NCBI GenBank assembly: GCA_965240325.2
Contig: OZ251233.1
Span: 1,426,001-1,490,000 of the forward strand
Direction: 5' to 3'
DNA: 64,000 nt
From: Rebecca billardiae RCC1528
Taxonomy: Eukaryota; Protista; Haptophyta
The notes under the pieces are model-generated. The model ran no database searches and was not told the DNA's origin. It worked only from the letters and a program-made list of their open reading frames with translations. Position 1 is the stretch's first letter; every line of letters starts with the position of its first letter. The position numbers and the translations under genes are program-made. This document shows, in pieces, positions 15,401 to 21,400 of the stretch.

Positions 15401-18400
15401 GGCGTCAGCACGCCCACCGGGTCCACCACGGGCACCTCGCCCAGAAGCGGCGATGTCGTCAGCTTGAACGCAACCGACACACTGCCGTCCGTGTTCGTCC
15501 CCACCGACTCGACGACCACGCGCTCCGGAGCGATGCCCAGCTCGGCCGCGATGGCCGTGCGCACGGCGTCGCTCGCCGCCGTGAACTCGGCCTCGCTCAC
15601 ATCCAGCGTGAGCGAGACGTACTGGTTGCTCACGATGCTGCTGCCACCGCCCGGCGGCGGCGACGGCGGAAGCGGTGGCGACAGCGGCGACGGCGGAGGC
15701 ATCGGCAGGGGCGATGGTGGATCAGGTGGCGACGGCGGGCTCGACGGTGCCGGCGGCGGCGAAGGCGGCACGTGTGCGCGGGCTGCCCCCGCCAACGGCA
15801 CGCCCAGCTGCGCGGACAGCTCCTCAAGGCTCGACGTCGACCCGTCTGTGCCGCCAGGCGTGAGCACGGACACAGGCTCCACCACGGCCTCGCCCTCTGC
15901 CGTCGTCAGCGTGAATACCACCTCGAGGACGCCGTCCTCGCCCTCGGTCGTCCCACTCACGCTCAGGCGGTCCGCGTGCACGCCAAGCTCGGCCGCGAGC
16001 GCATCGAGCAAGGCTGCACTCGCCGCGTCGAAGTCGTCCGCGCTCATCTCCACGCTCAGCACGAATGGCGACTCGAGATCAGCCGGAGGCAGCGGCGGCG
16101 ACGGCGGCGGCGACGGCGGCGTGCGGCTCGACGGGTCCTCCACCACAGGCACGCCCAAAATCGTCGACAGCTCCGCAAGGCTCGAAGGCGACGTCGGAGA
16201 TACGCCGGGCGTGAGCGCCGACACGGCCTGCACGGGCTCCTCGCCCGCATCCGCGTCCGTCGTGACGCGGATGGACACGGCGATGGTGCCGTCCGCGTTC
16301 GTCGTCACACCAGCGAGACTCAGCCGCGACGCGTCCACGCCCAGCTGAGCAGCCAGAGCACTCAGCATGTCGCCGCTCTCCGGCACGAACTCCGCCGCAG
16401 ACATGTCCAGCGTCAGCGCGAACACCGAGCTGCCCGTCGCGGGCGGAGGCGACGGCGGCGCGGGCGGTGGATCGGGCGGCGACGGCGGAGGCGATGGCGG
16501 CGGGCGACGAGGCGGCGGCGGTGGCATGCTGGGCAGTGGTGGCGGTAGAGGCGGCGACGAGCTGGGTGGCTGCGGTGGCGGCGCCGGCGGAAGCGGGGGG
16601 GGCAACGGCTCGGTGCGTGGCGGAGGCGGCTGGTGGGGCGGCGCGCTTGGAGGCGGTCGCGGTGGCGACGTGGGCGGTGGCCGCGGGGGCTGGCTCGGCG
16701 GCGGCGGTGGCGGCGGAGACGGCGGCGGAGACGGTGGCGCAGGCGGCGGCAGGGGCTCCGTGCGTGGCGGAGGCGGCGGTGAGGGCGGTGGGCTCGGCAG
16801 TGGGCGCGGCGGTGGGCTTGGCGGTGGCACGGGTGGCGCGGCAGGCGGCACTGGTGGTGGTGAGTCCGGGGTCGCAGGAGGCGGCGACCAAGGCGGGGGC
16901 ATCGGAGGCGGTGAGGGCGGAGGGGCCGGCGGTGGGGCCGGCGGCAGACGCGGCGGCGGTGGGCGGGGAGGCAGGCCGGGTGGCGGGCTCGGTGGCGGCG
17001 AAGGTGGGGGCCTTGGCGGTGGAGGAGAGGGTGGTGGGGTTGGCGGTTGGATTGGCGGCGGTGACGGCGGCGGAGACGGCGGCGGGCTTGGCGGTGGGTT
17101 CGGCGGCGGGCTAGGGGGCGGGCTTGGCGGTGGAGGTGACGGCGGAGGGCTCGGTGGCGGGCTCGGCGGTGGGCTCGGTGGCGGGCTCGGCGGTGGTGAT
17201 GGCGGCGAAATGGGCGGCGGGCTCGGCGGAGGGCTTGGCGGTGGGCTGGGCGGCGGGACTGGCGGTGGCTTGGGCGGTGGGCTCGGTGGTGGCTTGGGCG
17301 GTGGGCTCGGTGGCGGCGATGGCGGCGGGCTCGGCGGCGGGCTCGGCGGCGGTGATGGTGGTGGACTCGGCGGTGGTGATGGCGGCGGGCTGGGTGGCGG
17401 TGATGGTGGCGGGCTCGGCGGCGGCGAGGGCGGGGGGCTCGGCGGCGGGCTTGGAGGTGGGCTGGGCGGCGGCGAGGGCGGTGGGCTAGGCGGCGGTGAG
17501 GGTGGTGGGCTTGGTGGTGGGCTTGGCGGTGGCGAAGGAGGCGGACTCGGCGGCGGAGATGGCGGGGGGCTCGGCGGTGGGCTTGGTGGCGGCGACGGTG
17601 GTGGGCTGGGCGGCGGGCTCGGCGGTGGCGACGGCGGTGGGCTCGGTGGCGGGCTCGGCGGCGGGCTGGGTGGCGGGCTCGGCGGTGGTGACGGCGGTGG
17701 CGATGGCGGCGGACTAGGTGGCGGTGACGGCGGCGGACTGGGTGGCGGGCTGGGCGGTGGTGATGGCGGTGGGCTCGGCGGCGGTGATGGCGGCGGGCTC
17801 GGCGGCGGCGACGGCGGTGGGCTCGGCGGTGGTGAAGGCGGCGGGCTCGGTGGTGGCGACGGCGGTGGGGACGGCGGCGGGCTCGGTGGTGGGCTAGGCG
17901 GCGGGCTCGGCGGCGGTGAGGGCGGCGGGCTCGGCGGTGGGCTGGGCGGCGGGCTTGGAGGCGGTGACGGTGGCGGGCTCGGAGGCGGGCTCGGCGGCGG
18001 GCTAGGCGGTGGCGACGGTGGTGGCGAGGGCGGTGGGCTGGGCGGTGGGCTGGGCGGTGGGCTCGGCGGCGGTGAAGGTGGCGGTGAGGGCGGCGGTGAG
18101 GGCGGTGGGCTCGGAGGTGGACTGGGCGGCGGGCTCGGCGGTGGCGAGGGCGGTGGCGACGGCGGCGGCACCGGCGGCGGGCTGGGCGGCGGACTTGGCG
18201 GCGGGCTCGGCGGCGGTGAAGGCGGCGGTGAGGGCGGCGGTGAGGGCGGCGGTGAGGGCGGTGGGCTCGGAGGTGGGCTGGGCGGCGGGCTCGGGGGTGG
18301 CGACGGTGGTGGCGAGGGCGGTGGGCTCGGAGGCGGGCTCGGCGGCGGGCTCGGCGGCGGCGAGGGCGGCGGTGAGGGCGGCGGCGAGGGCGGCGGTGAA

Positions 18401-21400
18401 GGCGGTGGGCTGGGAGGTGGGCTCGGCGGTGGGCTCGGCGGTGGGCTCGGCGGTGGCGACGGTGGTGGCGAGGGCGGTGGGCTCGGAGGCGGGCTGGGTG
18501 GTGGGCTCGGCGGCGGTGAAGGTGGCGGTGAGGGCGGCGGTGAGGGCGGTGGGCTCGGCGGCGGGCTCGGCGGCGGGCTTGGCGGCGGGCTCGGCGGCGG
18601 TGAGGGCGGCGGTGAAGGCGGTGGGCTGGGAGGTGGGCTCGGCGGTGGGCTCGGCGGTGGGCTCGGGGGTGGCGACGGTGGTGGTGACGGCGGTGGCGAG
18701 GGCGGTGGGCTCGGCGGTGGGCTCGGCGGCGGTGAGGGCGGCGGTGAGGGCGGCGGTGAGGGCGGTGGGCTCGGAGGTGGGCTGGGCGGCGGGCTCGGGG
18801 GTGGCGACGGTGGTGGCGAGGGCGGTGGGCTCGGAGGCGGGCTCGGCGGCGGGCTCGGCGGCGGCGAGGGCGGCGGGCTCGGCGGCGGTGAGGGCGGCGG
18901 TGAAGGCGGTGGGCTGGGAGGTGGGCTCGGCGGTGGGCTCGGCGGTGGGCTCGGCGGTGGCGACGGTGGTGGTGACGGCGGTGGGCTCGGCGGTGGGCTC
19001 GGCGGCGGTGAGGGCGGCGGTGAGGGCGGCGGTGAAGGCGGTGGGCTGGGAGGTGGGCTTGGCGGTGGGCTTGGCGGTGGGCTCGGCGGTGGCGACGGTG
19101 GTGGCGAGGGCGGTGGGCTGGGCGGCGGGCTGGGTGGTGGGCTCGGCGGCGGGGAAGGTGGTGGTGAGGGCGGCGGTGAGGGCGGTGGGCTCGGCGGCGG
19201 GCTCGGCGGCGGGCTTGGCGGCGGTGAGGGCGGCGGTGAAGGCGGTGGGCTGGGAGGTGGGCTCGGCGGTGGGCTCGGCGGTGGGCTCGGTGGTGGCGAC
19301 GGTGGTGGCGACGGCGGTGGGCTCGGAGGCGGGCTCGGCGGCGGGCTCGGCGGCGGCGAGGGCGGCGGCGAGGGCGGCGGTGAGGGCGGCGGGCTCGGAG
19401 GCGGGCTCGGAGGCGGGCTCGGCGGTGGCGAGGGCGGTGGCGAGGGCGGTGGGCTCGGCGGTGGGGTGGGAGGCGGACTGGGCGGCGGTGAAGGCGGCGG
19501 TGAGGGCGGCGGTGAGGGCGGTGGGCTGGGTGGCGGGCTGGGTGGCGGCCTTGGCGGCGGCGACGGCGGCGGCGACGGGGGCGGGCTTGGCGGCGGGCTC
19601 GGTGGTGGCGATGGTGGTGGGCTCGGTGGAGGGCTCGGCGGTGGGCTCGGTGGTGGTGATGGTGGCGGGCTTGGTGGCGGGCTGGGCGGCGGGCTGGGCG
19701 GCGGGCTGGGTGGTGGGGATGGCGGCGGCGGCGATGGAGGAGGACTCGGCGGTGGGCTTGGCGGTGGGCTGGGGGGCGGACTCGGTGGTGGTGATGGTGG
19801 CGGAGATGGCGGTGGGCTGGGCGGCGGTCTGGGCGGCGGGCTCGGTGGCGGGCTGGGTGGTGGTGATGGCGGTGGGCTCGGTGGTGGCGACGGTGGCGGG
19901 CTCGGTGGTGGGCTCGGTGGTGGCGGGCTCGGCGGTGGGCTCGGCGGTGGGCTCGGCGGTGGCGACGGGGGCGGGCTCGGCGGCGGGCTGGGTGGTGGCG
20001 ATGGTGGCGGGCTTGGTGGTGGGCTTGGCGGTGGGCTCGGTGGTGGCGATGGTGGTGGGCTTGGCGGTGGGCTGGGTGGCGGGGACGGCGGCGGGCTCGG
20101 CGGTGGCGAGGGCGGCGGTGGCGACGGGGGGGGGCTGGGCGGTGGGCTCGGCGGTGGCGATGGTGGCGGGCTCGGTGGCGGGCTCGGCGGGGGGCTGGGC
20201 GGCGGGCTGGGTGGCGGAGACGGCGGTGGGCTCGGCGGAGGGCTGGGCGGTGGTGATGGCGGCGGGCTCGGTGGTGGCGATGGTGGCGGGCTCGGTGGTG
20301 GGCTCGGAGGTGGCGGGCTCGGTGGCGGGCTTGGCGGTGGAGAGGGTGGTGGCGACGGCGGCGGGCTTGGCGGAGGGCTCGGTGGTGGGGACGGCGGTGG
20401 ACTCGGCGGTGGGCTGGGTGGCGGGCTCGGCGGTGGGCTCGGCGGTGGCGACGGCGGCGGGCTGGGTGGTGGGCTCGGTGGCGGGGACGGCGGCGGGCTC
20501 GGCGGTGGCGAGGGCGGTGGTGGCGATGGAGGTGGGCTGGGCGGCGGGCTCGGCGGTGGCGATGGTGGTGGGCTCGGTGGCGGGCTGGGCGGAGGGCTGG
20601 GCGGAGGGCTCGGCGGTGGGCTCGGCGGCGGTGACGGTGGCGGAGACGGTGGTGGACTCGGCGGCGGGCTCGGCGGCGGAGGTGACGGTGGTGGGCTCGG
20701 TGGAGGGCTCGGTGGTGGCGACGGTGGTGGTGATGGCGGCGGGCTCGGTGGTGGCGACGGTGGTGGGCTCGGTGGTGGGCTCGGTGGTGGCGGGCTCGGC
20801 GGTGGGCTCGGCGGTGGGCTCGGCGGTGGCGACGGGGGCGGGCTCGGCGGCGGGCTTGGTGGTGGTGATGGTGGTGGGCTCGGTGGCGGGCTCGGCGGTG
20901 GGCTCGGCGGTGGCGATGGTGGCGGGCTTGGTGGTGGGCTGGGTGGCGGGGACGGCGGCGGGCTCGGCGGTGGCGAGGGTGGCGGTGGCGACGGAGGTGG
21001 GCTGGGCGGTGGGCTCGGCGGTGGCGATGGTGGCGGGCTCGGTGGCGGGCTCGGCGGAGGGCTCGGCGGCGGGCTGGGCGGCGGGCTCGGTGGCGGAGAC
21101 GGCGGTGGAGACGGTGGCGGGCTGGGCGGCGGGCTCGGTGGTGGCGATGGTGGCGGGCTCGGTGGTGGGCTCGGAGGCGGCGGGCTCGGTGGAGGGCTTG
21201 GCGGTGGGGAGGGCGGTGGCGACGGCGGCGGGCTTGGCGGCGGGCTCGGCGGCGGTGAGGGCGGCGGTGAAGGCGGTGGGCTGGGTGGCGGGCTCGGCGG
21301 TGGGGTCGGCGGTGGCGACGGCGGTGGGCTTGGTGGTGGGCTCGGTGGCGGGGACGGCGGCGGGCTCGGCGGTGGCGAGGGCGGCGGTGGCGATGGAGGT

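Noticed and set aside
6-16548. Many repeated Arg-rich or Ser/Thr/Gly-rich plus-strand ORFs
   Set aside because: Antisense and off-frame products of the giant minus-strand CDS in high-GC DNA.
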